Source of the DNA: Firmicutes bacterium CAG:582
GTDB taxonomy: Bacteria; Bacillota_I; Bacilli_A; RF39; UBA660
Length of the DNA: 60,403 nt
NCBI GenBank assembly: GCA_000435515.1
Contig: FR884157.1
Location: 17,920-78,322, forward strand
Direction: 5' to 3'
Of the stretch, positions 36,260-46,115 are shown one piece after another. The number at the start of each line of letters is the position of its first letter. The first letter of the stretch is position 1. A program made the translations under genes and the position numbers. Below the pieces are notes generated by a model. It saw only the letters and a program-made list of their open reading frames with translations, was not told the DNA's origin and searched no databases.

Positions 36260-38440
36260 TTATCTTCCTTCCTTATTTAATTTCAATATTCTTAAAGAAT
36301 TAAATGAAACAGTTATACTGCTTAAAGTCATCGCAAAAGCTGCAATCATTGGATTATTCGTTATAGGTAATATTCCAATAGAAATTATAATCATACAAAT
36401 ATTATAGATAAATGCCCAAAATAAGTTTTCTCCAATTATTTTAAAAGTAAACTTACTAATTTTAAACAATTTAACTATATTAGAAAGATCGTTATTCATA
36501 AGAATTATATCGCTTGAATTATTTGCAATATCTGTTCCACTAGCAATAGAAACTCCAATATCAGCACTTTTAAGTGAAGGAGCATCATTTATTCCATCAC
36601 CGATCATCATAACTTTACCACTTTGCTTTAATTCATCAATATTAATTTTCTTTTCCTTTGGTAATACATTTGCACGAACTTCATCAATTCCAATAGATGA
36701 AGCAATTATTTTAGCTGTACATTCATTATCACCCGTAAGCATAACTACTTTTTTATTCATTACTTTTAAATTTTTTATTACTTCTTGAATATTATCTCTG
36801 ATGATATCCTTTACTCCGAATATTGCAACTACTTTATTCTCTTCAAAAACATATACAATTGAAGCCCCAGTATTAACTATATTTTTTTCATAGTCTTCAT
36901 AATCATTTTTAATATCTAACACTTTAAATAACTTATTATTTCCAATAAAATAAACTTTATCATTAACTTTACCAGTCAAACCAATTCCATCAATTGTTTT
37001 AAAATCAACAACATCATATAATTTATCATCTATTTTAAAAGCATTGCTGATTGGATGACTTGTTTTACTTTCTAAGCTTGCAACAATTCTTTTTACATCA
37101 TTAGAATCACCACCAAATATATGTTCTTCACTTAAACGTAAATCACCATATGTAAGTGTTCCTGTCTTATCAAAAACAACAGTTGATACATCTTTTACAC
37201 GTTCAAGAATATCACTTGATTTAACAAGAATACCAAATCTTGCACAAACTCCTTCACTTACTACAATAGCAAGAGGTGTTGCAAGACCTAAAGCACATGG
37301 GCAAGCACTTACAAGAATTGTAATAAATCTTTCCAATGCTTGAGTTAAAGTGCTACCAATAACCATATAGACAATGAAAGTAAGTAAAGCAATAAAAAAT
37401 ATTGTAGGAACAAATTTTTGACTTATTTTATCTACAAGATTAGATATGTGAGTCTTTGTATTACTAGCATCAATTACAAGTCTTACCACCTCAGAAATTG
37501 TTGAAGCAGCTCCAATTCTAATAGCTTCATATTCAATAAAACCATCAACATTCAAACTACCTGCTAAAACATCATCACCTACACTCTTTTTTTGAGCAAT
37601 TGATTCTCCAGTAATAAATGCTTCATCCAAATGAGTACTTCCCTTAACAATCCTACCATCAACGGCAATTTTCATACCCGGTTTACATATTAAAATATCC
37701 CCAACTTTAATCTTATCAAGAGTAATACGTACTTCCTCATCACCCTTTTTTAAATAAGCATAATCAGGAGTAATTGTTACCAATTCTTTAATCGCATCAA
37801 GAGTTTTATTTTTATTCTTATCAGCAATAAATCTTCCCAATTTAACAAAATAAATAATAATACAAACAGATTCAAAATATAAGTTTTCAACGCATTCTAT
37901 TGAACCATTAAAAATCATAACCAAACTAAATAAACTATATAATTCACTTGAAAGAACTCCAAGCATAACTAAAGTATCCATATTTGAGCTTCGATGTAAT
38001 AAGTTTTTTACACCTGATATTAAAATATCCAACCCATATATCAGAAATGGAATATTTAAAACAGCTAAACAAATTGCATAATTAAGCGGATATTTTTCCA
38101 TATTCAAAAATTCTATTATTGGTAGACAAACCATATGTGACATTGAAACATAAAGAACAATTAAAGCTAATATTCCAAACAAAATCAATTTTAATTTATC
38201 TTTTTTCCTTAAATTTTCTTGAACTACTTTATATTCTCCCAAGCTTTTAAAACCAGCTTTTTTTATTAATTCATCCAAATATTCCTTTGTTAAGTTATCA
38301 TCATATTCAATTGATGCATTTGCAAGAACTAAGTTAACACTTGCAGATATAATTCCATCCTGTTTATTTAAGAAATTCTCTAAACTTGAAGAACAAGCAC
38401 TGCAACTCATTCCTGCAATACTTAAAACAATTTTTTTCAT
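36260..38440 (-). CDS. copA: copper-translocating P1B-type ATPase
   Basis: N-terminal HMA GMSCSACS, TM6 CPC (SACPCALGLATP), DKTGTLT, GDGINDAP, and TM7 YN plus TM8 M..SS, which are Cu(I)-type residues. Confidence 0.9.
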   Translation of the reverse strand: MKKIVLSIAGMSCSACSSSLENFLNKQDGIISASVNLVLANASIEYDDNLTKEYLDELIKKAGFKSLGEYKVVQENLRKKDKLKLILFGILALIVLYVSMSHMVCLPIIEFLNMEKYPLNYAICLAVLNIPFLIYGLDILISGVKNLLHRSSNMDTLVMLGVLSSELYSLFSLVMIFNGSIECVENLYFESVCIIIYFVKLGRFIADKNKNKTLDAIKELVTITPDYAYLKKGDEEVRITLDKIKVGDILICKPGMKIAVDGRIVKGSTHLDEAFITGESIAQKKSVGDDVLAGSLNVDGFIEYEAIRIGAASTISEVVRLVIDASNTKTHISNLVDKISQKFVPTIFFIALLTFIVYMVIGSTLTQALERFITILVSACPCALGLATPLAIVVSEGVCARFGILVKSSDILERVKDVSTVVFDKTGTLTYGDLRLSEEHIFGGDSNDVKRIVASLESKTSHPISNAFKIDDKLYDVVDFKTIDGIGLTGKVNDKVYFIGNNKLFKVLDIKNDYEDYEKNIVNTGASIVYVFEENKVVAIFGVKDIIRDNIQEVIKNLKVMNKKVVMLTGDNECTAKIIASSIGIDEVRANVLPKEKKINIDELKQSGKVMMIGDGINDAPSLKSADIGVSIASGTDIANNSSDIILMNNDLSNIVKLFKISKFTFKIIGENLFWAFIYNICMIIISIGILPITNNPMIAAFAMTLSSITVSFNSLRILKLNKEGR

Positions 38441-38447
38441 ACATCAC

Positions 38448-39713
38448 CTACTTAATTACTTTTATCTTATTTGTTATCATATTCATCCAACAACTATATG
38501 TAAATTCTCCAATATCATCAGGAGTAAACTCAACTATATTTTCACCAATTTCTAATTTTGTATTTATACCATATTCTTTAATTTTTAATTCATTATTACA
38601 ACCAGTCAAATATTTTTTATCTACATGAATTATAACTTCAACAGGAATACCTTTATGGACTATCATATTTTGATAATTATCATAAGTTAAATGAAATTCA
38701 ACAACTTGTTTTCCATCAACCATTTTTGCTTCAACAAAATTATCAGTATTTATAAAAGGCAAATTAATGTTTAAATAGGATAATCCTCTAATAAACATCG
38801 ACAAAGATAAAATAAATATTAAAACAACAGCAATCTTATTTAAAATAATCTTTTTTTCACCTTTAACGATATTAAATACTAAGCTTGATACAAACATAAG
38901 GGGAATAGTTCCTAAACAGAATAGAAACATTGATAAAGCTCCTAGGAAAAATGAACCAGTTGATAAAGCATAAACTTGCATTGCTTGCATTGGTCCACAA
39001 GGCATAAAGCCATTTAATAAACCGATTATAAATGGACTTTTTGAACTTTTTTTAAAATTAAATAATTTAACATTTTTTATATGAATTATACCTAACATAT
39101 TTAAAGACATTATAAACATCAAAACCGAAGCAATAACGATAATAATTCCTGAAGACGTATCATTTATGCTTAATACACTTCCAAGTAAACCAACTAAACC
39201 GCCAATAAACGTATATGAAATAAGACGTCCTAAATTATAGAGTATTGGCTTTTTTATACTTTTACTCTTATCAACAGTTGCAACAAGATTTAATGAGCCA
39301 CACATACTTATACAATGTAGGCTCGTAAACAATCCAGTAATAAGAAGCATACCAAGTGTTATATTAGTATCAATTGTTGGAATAAAATTAAAAATATTAA
39401 AGTTAAATATTCTATATATTAAAAAAGCAACAATGACAATTATTGATAATATAAATATGAATTCTTTTAGCTCAATATCTGTTTTTAAATTTTCTTTATC
39501 ATCACTTATATACTCATTTTTAGTAACATATCCGCTTTTTATAACATTTCTAATAATTTCATACTTTTCAATTTCACCAATATAGTTGATAATAGCAATA
39601 TTTTTCTCAAATTCAACAGATTTAATATTTTCTATTTTTAACAAAGAAGCACGTATTGTAGTTTCACAATGACTACAATGCATACCATCTATTTTTACAC
39701 AAATCGTTTTCAT
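38448..39713 (-). CDS. HMA-domain / TauE-SafE-like membrane protein with C-terminal cupredoxin-like domain
   Basis: N-terminal GMHCSHCE HMA motif, 6-7 TM helices with paired Cys, and a C-terminal soluble beta domain. Confidence 0.6.
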   Translation of the reverse strand: MKTICVKIDGMHCSHCETTIRASLLKIENIKSVEFEKNIAIINYIGEIEKYEIIRNVIKSGYVTKNEYISDDKENLKTDIELKEFIFILSIIVIVAFLIYRIFNFNIFNFIPTIDTNITLGMLLITGLFTSLHCISMCGSLNLVATVDKSKSIKKPILYNLGRLISYTFIGGLVGLLGSVLSINDTSSGIIIVIASVLMFIMSLNMLGIIHIKNVKLFNFKKSSKSPFIIGLLNGFMPCGPMQAMQVYALSTGSFFLGALSMFLFCLGTIPLMFVSSLVFNIVKGEKKIILNKIAVVLIFILSLSMFIRGLSYLNINLPFINTDNFVEAKMVDGKQVVEFHLTYDNYQNMIVHKGIPVEVIIHVDKKYLTGCNNELKIKEYGINTKLEIGENIVEFTPDDIGEFTYSCWMNMITNKIKVIK

Positions 39714-40006
39714 TTTAACTTGCCAAAAAGATCAATAATATCTTCTATAACATCCATGTTATCATTTTTTATATCTTCAACCATACATGATTTCATATGA
39801 CTTTTTAATATTTCACTTCCAAGACTTTTTAAAGCATTAGTAGCTGAAGCTACTTGAAGTAAAACGTCATCACAATATCGATCTTCACTAATCATTTGTT
39901 GAATACCATTGATTTGACCAGCTATTATTTTAAGTCTTCTAGTCAAATCCCTTTTTTCTTCATCAGTTCTATGCTTGCTTCTTGTACATTTACACTCCCT
40001 TTTCAT
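39710..40006 (-). CDS. csoR: CsoR-family copper-sensing repressor
   Basis: ..EEKRDLTRRLKIIAGQINGIQQMISEDRYCDDVLLQVASATNALKSLGSEILKSHM.SC has the C...H...C ligand pattern. I moved the start to the internal ATG at 40006 behind the promoter. Confidence 0.8.
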   Translation of the reverse strand: MKRECKCTRSKHRTDEEKRDLTRRLKIIAGQINGIQQMISEDRYCDDVLLQVASATNALKSLGSEILKSHMKSCMVEDIKNDNMDVIEDIIDLFGKLK

Positions 40007-40020
40007 AACATCACCAAAAT

Positions 40021-40050
40021 CATTATAGGGTATAGGGGGTATATCTGTCA
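40021..40050 (-). promoter_or_regulatory. sigma-A promoter of the cop operon with a C-tract operator-like sequence in the spacer
   Basis: Minus strand reads TTGACA-gatataccccctataccc-TATAAT. The TACCCCC/TACCC blocks resemble CsoR operator half-sites, but here they are direct rather than inverted. Confidence 0.55.
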
Positions 40051-40080
40051 ATTTAAAAATAAAAAAAGAAATAGATAAAT

Positions 40081-41208
40081 CTATTCCCACATATCCGTAT
40101 AGTCATCGTTTTTACTATACTCTTTATCCATTTTATTTATATAAGCATAGTATTTATATAAACTGCTGTTTGGATTTTTATAACTAACTTTTTCGATTCT
40201 AACTCCTTTAAGAAGAGACTCAGCAATATATAAGTATTCTGAATCTTTACCAGCTATTAATGCTGTATGCCCCCAACGAGCGATCACATCCCCTACTTTA
40301 TAATCACCAGAGTTTGCATATTCATATGTTAAAGAATGCATTTCTCCGACATCACTCATATCTTTATGTCTATCGTTAATACCTGCTCCAATATCTCCAA
40401 CGTCAAGGCCAGAATTGTATAAAGACCATGTAACAAAACCTGAGCAATCTAACCCGTTCGGCATCTTTGCTCCTGGTTTATATCTATTATGATCTTGTAA
40501 ATTAGTTAATGGACAACCCCATATGGCTGGACCTTTATGCGACACTTTTATATCTTTAAATTTATCTTCACTTAAGTATAGTCCTTTATGATAATATCTT
40601 CCCTCACCATCAGCTTTTCTTACTCCTGATTCATGCATTCTACCATTTTCATAAAAGTAAGATACTTTATATTTAAATGACAATGTCATAAATCTTATTG
40701 TTTCAATCAATGCTGCACGTGTTCCTTCACCTTTATTTAAAACTCTAGTTCTCAAAGCTTCATCTATAATATGGGCTTCTTCTTCAGTATAGGCATGACA
40801 AGGTAAAAACTTTTTTTTATCATCAAGCTCCGGTTTTCTAATCAAATCCGTTACGGTAACACTTACTTCAGCCTTTTTTCCGCTTTCACTTTTTAAAGTA
40901 ACAACTGATGTTCCCAAGTTAACACCAACTATTTTTCCATCACTTATACTTACTATATCTTCATTTTCACTTGACCACGTTAATTTATAATCATCTTTTG
41001 AACTCTCTATATCATAGTTTAATTTTTCACTTTCTCCAATAGCCAAATAAAATGTATCAACTTTAAATTTAATACTTTTTACACCATCATCAATTTCAGT
41101 AATTGTTGGTATAAAATGAATTTCTTCTTTTCTATTGATAACGTCATAAGCTATAAAACATGAAATTATAAAGATAATTATTGAAATAAATAAAGATGCT
41201 TTTTTCAT
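40081..41208 (-). CDS. NlpC/P60 (C40) peptidoglycan peptidase with Big_2 domain
   Basis: N-terminal anchor. Ig-like block ...WSSENEDIVSISDGKIVGVNLGTSVVT. Catalytic GLDCSGFVTW and GHTALIAG. Confidence 0.75.
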   Translation of the reverse strand: MKKASLFISIIIFIISCFIAYDVINRKEEIHFIPTITEIDDGVKSIKFKVDTFYLAIGESEKLNYDIESSKDDYKLTWSSENEDIVSISDGKIVGVNLGTSVVTLKSESGKKAEVSVTVTDLIRKPELDDKKKFLPCHAYTEEEAHIIDEALRTRVLNKGEGTRAALIETIRFMTLSFKYKVSYFYENGRMHESGVRKADGEGRYYHKGLYLSEDKFKDIKVSHKGPAIWGCPLTNLQDHNRYKPGAKMPNGLDCSGFVTWSLYNSGLDVGDIGAGINDRHKDMSDVGEMHSLTYEYANSGDYKVGDVIARWGHTALIAGKDSEYLYIAESLLKGVRIEKVSYKNPNSSLYKYYAYINKMDKEYSKNDDYTDMWE

Positions 41209-41286
41209 ATTAACCTCACATATTGAATATAATATATAATTTAATATTTAGCAATAAAATAGTTAAAAAAGTAGTAAATTTACTAC

Positions 41287-42621
41287 TTAAATTCCAAGCA
41301 AAATAGTTGCTATATTAAAATATATTATTAAAGAGCATGCATCAACTATTGTAGTTATAAAAGGACTTGCCATAACTGCTGGATCAAAACCAAGTTTTTT
41401 GGCAAACATTGGTAAAGTACAACCAATAAATTTAGCGAGAATAACAGTTGCAATTAAAGTTAAACAAACACAAAAAGCAACTTTTATACTTACAGCATCA
41501 ATAATTAAAAGTTTAACAAAGTTACAAATAGCTAAAGTTAATGCACATAAAATAGATACTCTAAATTCTTTAAAAACAACTTTAAATATATCTTTAAATT
41601 CAATATCATTTAAAGAAAGTGCACGAATAATACTTACGCTTGCTTGACCACCAGCATTCCCTCCAGTATCCATAATCATCGGAATAAAAGCTGTTAAAAT
41701 AGTTACGCTTGCTAAAGCCGATTCAAAGCTTTCGATAATTTTTCCAGTAAAAGTAGCAGATATCATCAAAAGCAAAAGCCAAGGTATTCTTGCTTTATAG
41801 GTTTCAAATACACCTGTTTTATCATAAGGTTTATCAACAGGTATAATTGCTGCCATCTTTTTTATATCCTCGGTTGCTTCACTTTCAAATACATCAAGAA
41901 CATCATCAATCGTGATAATACCAACAAGTCTATTTTCAGAGTCAACTACTGGCATAACTGTCAAATTATATTTATGAAACATATTAGCAACTTCTTCTTG
42001 ATCAGTAAAAGTTGAAACATATATCAAATCTTTTTTACAAACATCCTTTATCTTATTTGTTTCTTTAGCAAAAAGAAGGTCAGTTGCTTCAATACTTCCA
42101 TATAATTTTCTTTTATGATCTACTACATAACATGTATTAATAGTTTCATAATAACTGATTTCATTTTCTAGTTTTAGAATTGCGTCCCCAACTAATGTTT
42201 CACCTTTAAATTCAACATATTCAACTGTCATAATAGATCCAGCAGTATCTTCTTCGTATCTTAATAGTTTATTAATATCTTTTCTCGTGTCATCACTACA
42301 ATTTTTTAAAATTTTATCAACAATATTTGCTGGCATTTCCTCAAGGACATCAGTTGCATCATCAGCAAACATTTCATCAATTAAAGAAACAGTTTCCTTC
42401 TCACTCAGTTCCCTTAAAAGATTAGTAGCTACAACTACATCAAATTCTGAAAAAACCTCAACTGCTTTATCTTTAGGAATAATCCTAAAAACCATAGCTA
42501 AATCTGAATTAGATAAATCACTTATCACTTCAGCCAAATCACTAATATTCATTTTATTTATAACATTTTTTAACTCATTAATGTTCTTCTCATCAATAAG
42601 TTTCTTTATATTTTCTTTCAT
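41287..42621 (-). CDS. mgtE: magnesium transporter MgtE
   Basis: MgtE-N, tandem CBS and a TM domain with ...MDTGGNAGGQ... I placed the start at the ATG after ggagg-N6. Confidence 0.9.
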   Translation of the reverse strand: MKENIKKLIDEKNINELKNVINKMNISDLAEVISDLSNSDLAMVFRIIPKDKAVEVFSEFDVVVATNLLRELSEKETVSLIDEMFADDATDVLEEMPANIVDKILKNCSDDTRKDINKLLRYEEDTAGSIMTVEYVEFKGETLVGDAILKLENEISYYETINTCYVVDHKRKLYGSIEATDLLFAKETNKIKDVCKKDLIYVSTFTDQEEVANMFHKYNLTVMPVVDSENRLVGIITIDDVLDVFESEATEDIKKMAAIIPVDKPYDKTGVFETYKARIPWLLLLMISATFTGKIIESFESALASVTILTAFIPMIMDTGGNAGGQASVSIIRALSLNDIEFKDIFKVVFKEFRVSILCALTLAICNFVKLLIIDAVSIKVAFCVCLTLIATVILAKFIGCTLPMFAKKLGFDPAVMASPFITTIVDACSLIIYFNIATILLGI

Positions 42622-42759
42622 ATAAACCTCCAAATTTGATATTATTTTTATAATTTATATACCTCGGGTATCCGTCCATAAAAAATATCACCTCCAAAAG
42701 TTTAACAAAAACATTATAATATATATTTATTCAAAAAAAAAGATTTAGAAACTCTAAAT

Positions 42760-43488
42760 CTATTTTTTACTTTTTTTAGTATTCTTTTTTGCTGTATTTT
42801 TATTAGTTGAAGTTTTCTTACTTTTTGATTCTTGCTTTTCAGTTTTTTCTGTATTTTTTACTTCTTCTTCTTTTTCTTCAACTTCCATATCAGTTTCAGA
42901 ATCAGGTTCTACATATTCACTAGCATTACTTCTACCAAATAGAATAGCAACTACAACAGCTGCAGTTATACCAAGAATTACATAACCAACAACATCATTT
43001 TTTTTCTTTTCCTCTGTTTTAGTATTTGAACCAGTACTATCTACTTTTATAGAACCATCTTGTATTCCAGCAACAACATCAACATAATTTGAATCAGAAT
43101 ATTCCTCATTAATAGCTTTAACTATTTTTTCTGGACTAGATTCTTCTGAAAAACCAGTAAAATATTGATCACCAATTACATAAAATGGAACACCATCAAC
43201 ATTAAAGTTAAAATAACTTCCAACTTTAGTCATAAGATCACTGTTGTTCTTATCACCCCATACTTCATAATCAACTATACGAAATTTAGAATTGATAGTT
43301 TTATCTTTTTCTAGTGTTGCAGTATAGTTATGAAGTTTTTGACAATAACCACATGTTGATCCATAAAATATATAAAAATTAATTGGGCCCTTTTCTGCTT
43401 TCTTTGTGGTCTTTGCATTTACTGTTACAAAAGGAAATACAACTAAAACCATAATCATTAAAATTTTAAAATATTTTTTCATTACCAT
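42760..43488 (-). CDS. secreted thioredoxin/glutaredoxin-fold protein with C-terminal TM anchor and K/E-rich tail
   Basis: Signal peptide. C-G-Y-C motif in YGSTCGYCQKL. A late TM helix is present. Confidence 0.6.
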   Translation of the reverse strand: MVMKKYFKILMIMVLVVFPFVTVNAKTTKKAEKGPINFYIFYGSTCGYCQKLHNYTATLEKDKTINSKFRIVDYEVWGDKNNSDLMTKVGSYFNFNVDGVPFYVIGDQYFTGFSEESSPEKIVKAINEEYSDSNYVDVVAGIQDGSIKVDSTGSNTKTEEKKKNDVVGYVILGITAAVVVAILFGRSNASEYVEPDSETDMEVEEKEEEVKNTEKTEKQESKSKKTSTNKNTAKKNTKKSKK

Positions 43489-43539
43489 AATCCTCCTTAA
43501 TAAATTATAACATAATATATAATATTTGAGATATTTTTT

Positions 43540-45081
43540 TTATAAAATTACTGATGTAGATATTCCAAGAGGTATTCCTACAAAATACCAAATTAGAATT
43601 AATACAATCCACATTGCTAAGATAACAAGCGAATATGGAATTAAATACTTAATTGATTTTACCAGTCCAGTTCCATCTTTTTCATACTTCTCCATGAATG
43701 ATACATATATAACAAAGTAAGCCATTGCTGGTGTAAGTGGATACATTATACTAGAAGAAACTGTGAAAACTAGTTGAGCAAACTCAGGTGAGAATCCCGC
43801 AGTCATCATCATAGGTACAACTGTGCCTGAAAGAATTGCCCAACGGTTTACAAATGAAGGAAGTAATATTGTTGAAATCATACTAATTATAAACACAAGA
43901 AGTATAAGTGGAACTCCAACAAAATTAGTGTTACTTAACATTTTTGCAAGTGCAGCAGTAACCAATGCCCCAATATTAGTATACTTAAGTAGGCTAATAA
44001 ACATACTAGCACAGAAGATTAAAACAATTACTTTTCCTATTCCATCAAGAGAATGTGATAAAAAATCACATATATCACGATGATTGTTTATTGATTTTGT
44101 ACCAATTCCATATAATAATCCTAAAATGAAGAAAAGTATTGTAACTACAAATACAAATCCACTATTGAAGAATGAATCATATCCAAATAGTTTATCAATA
44201 TATCTTGTTTGAGAATAATCCAAGAAATTTCCTCCAAAAGGCACATTTGGAATTATATTATAGATAAATATTAATAGGTATATAGTCGCTCCAAATAATG
44301 CTAAAAGTAATCCTCTTTTCTCTCTACGAGTTAATTTTTCTTTTGGTTCAACAATTTCCTCATCAACTTCATATTTACCAAGTTTTGGTGCAATAATTCT
44401 TTCTGTTATATATGTTAATAAGCATGAACCAACAAATATAGCAACAATCATAATCAGTAAAAAAGAAAATGATGATATTACATAACCACTAGAAATTACA
44501 TTAGCGCTCATTATCGTATAATCAGCAAGTGATGATCCAACACTCGAAAGCATAAAATTCATTCCAAATCCCAGAGACAATGCAGCAAATGATGAAATTA
44601 TTCCAACAATTGGATTTCTCTTACCATATTTAAATAATAATGCTGATAATGGTATAAGTATTACAAAGCACAAATCTCCAGTTAAGCTTGCTAAAATACA
44701 TATCAACATAAGTATAAAGGTAACAGTTGTTTTAGAAACATTCTTCGTTAAAACAAAGAAAATAGTATCCAAAAATCCGCTTCTATCCATTATTCCAATA
44801 CCAATCAATATAATTAACAACATTGAAAGAGGCGTAAATGATACAAATGAAGAAACAGTATTAGAAAATATATACTTAATTCCACTCAAATTTAAAAGGG
44901 ATTCTACTGTAACCAATGTTGATTCATAATTACCAGTTTTAACATTAATTTTATTATAAGTGACAGACGCATCAAATAAATCTAAAATTCCACTTAGTAG
45001 AACTACAAGTCCACTCATAAGTAAAAAAGCCATTATCGGATGCAACATTACGCGATCACGCAAATTTTTAAATTTTTTCAT
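43540..45081 (-). CDS. AbgT-family transporter
   Basis: 513 aa and polytopic. The N-terminus ..DRVMLHPIMAFLLMSGLVVLLSG.. and the overall pattern are typical of AbgT/MtrF. Confidence 0.7.
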   Translation of the reverse strand: MKKFKNLRDRVMLHPIMAFLLMSGLVVLLSGILDLFDASVTYNKINVKTGNYESTLVTVESLLNLSGIKYIFSNTVSSFVSFTPLSMLLIILIGIGIMDRSGFLDTIFFVLTKNVSKTTVTFILMLICILASLTGDLCFVILIPLSALLFKYGKRNPIVGIISSFAALSLGFGMNFMLSSVGSSLADYTIMSANVISSGYVISSFSFLLIMIVAIFVGSCLLTYITERIIAPKLGKYEVDEEIVEPKEKLTRREKRGLLLALFGATIYLLIFIYNIIPNVPFGGNFLDYSQTRYIDKLFGYDSFFNSGFVFVVTILFFILGLLYGIGTKSINNHRDICDFLSHSLDGIGKVIVLIFCASMFISLLKYTNIGALVTAALAKMLSNTNFVGVPLILLVFIISMISTILLPSFVNRWAILSGTVVPMMMTAGFSPEFAQLVFTVSSSIMYPLTPAMAYFVIYVSFMEKYEKDGTGLVKSIKYLIPYSLVILAMWIVLILIWYFVGIPLGISTSVIL

Positions 45082-45259
45082 TTTCGACTCCTTTAAGTTT
45101 TTTCTTAAACTCTAATCTATCCATCATTACCTCATGTCCACAGTTAACACACTTTATTTTAATATCAACACCATTTCTAGTAATGATCCATTTATTTGTT
45201 CCACACGCATGTGGTTTTTTCATTATAACAGTATCGCCTACATTAAAGTTTTTTTCCAT
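45068..45259 (-). CDS. DUF951 family protein
   Basis: 63 aa. VGD.V.MKK.HACG.N.W.I.R.G.DI.IKC..CGH.VMM.R..F.K.LK. Confidence 0.7.
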   Translation of the reverse strand: MEKNFNVGDTVIMKKPHACGTNKWIITRNGVDIKIKCVNCGHEVMMDRLEFKKKLKGVENEKI

Positions 45260-46070
45260 TATGTACCTCCACTTGAGGATAAGGAATCTTTATTCCATCT
45301 CTATCAAATTGTTCCTTTATAATTCCTAACGCTTTTCTTTTCATATCAAATTTAGAATCCGGTTTAGCATGTACTCTAAATATATAAGTAACTGAAGAAT
45401 CATTCATACTTTCAATACCTAAATATTCACAAGGTTTTACTATATTTGGAAGTTTATTAATTCTATCCATTGCTTTTGCAAGAGATTTTTTTACGTTTTC
45501 CTCAGTTTCTTCATAAGCAACATCAACCATAATTGGAATACTTGCATGTTTTTGACTCATATTTATAACATGAGATATTTCACGGTTTGATATTATTAAT
45601 ATATTACCATCAAAATCTCTTACTTTAGTATTTTTAAGACCAAGTCCAATAACATATCCAATAAAATCATTTATTTGAACCAAATCGCCTATTATAAAAT
45701 AGTTATCCATTATAATATTACATCCACTTATGATATCTTTAAGCATATCTTGAAAAGCAAGACCAGCTATAGCACCAGCAATTCCAAGACCTGCTAGAAT
45801 TCCTTTTACATTTACTCCATAAGTAGCAAGAATAATACATAATCCAACAAGTATTAAAATATATTTTAAAACACTGCTGATAAGAACTACTATAGTATTT
45901 CTTTTTTTATCCTCTAGTTTACTAGTATTAGTTATTAACATTCTTTTAATTGCTCTAGATAAAATGTTCATAAGTAAATAGCAAGATAATACAACTATTA
46001 TAGGAACATAAAATTTTGGACTAGAAATAAAGTCAACAATTTTTTCAATATTCATCATTTTATTCACCAA
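45243..46070 (-). CDS. small-conductance mechanosensitive channel (MscS family)
   Basis: 3 TM helices, then ...GLAFQD.L.D..SG..I......F..GD.V.I....G.V....L..T..R...G. Confidence 0.8.
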   Translation of the reverse strand: MVNKMMNIEKIVDFISSPKFYVPIIVVLSCYLLMNILSRAIKRMLITNTSKLEDKKRNTIVVLISSVLKYILILVGLCIILATYGVNVKGILAGLGIAGAIAGLAFQDMLKDIISGCNIIMDNYFIIGDLVQINDFIGYVIGLGLKNTKVRDFDGNILIISNREISHVINMSQKHASIPIMVDVAYEETEENVKKSLAKAMDRINKLPNIVKPCEYLGIESMNDSSVTYIFRVHAKPDSKFDMKRKALGIIKEQFDRDGIKIPYPQVEVHNGKKL

Positions 46071-46115
46071 GTATATTATACCTTAAACACAAGAAAAAAG
46101 ACAAGTTTTACTTGT

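Noticed and set aside
40007-40090. The ORF track gives CsoR an N-terminal extension (MGIDLSISFFIFKLTDIPPIPYNDFGDV...).
   Set aside because: The extension covers a consensus TTGACA/TATAAT promoter and overlaps the end of the upstream NlpC/P60 gene. The conserved CsoR sequence starts at the internal Met. Similar track over-extensions were trimmed for mgtE, DUF3892, the methyltransferase and the HNH gene.
42622-42759. An M-box (Mg2+) riboswitch might lie upstream of mgtE.
   Set aside because: The leader is only ~126 nt and I could not find the conserved M-box helices. It is too short for the ~170-nt aptamer.
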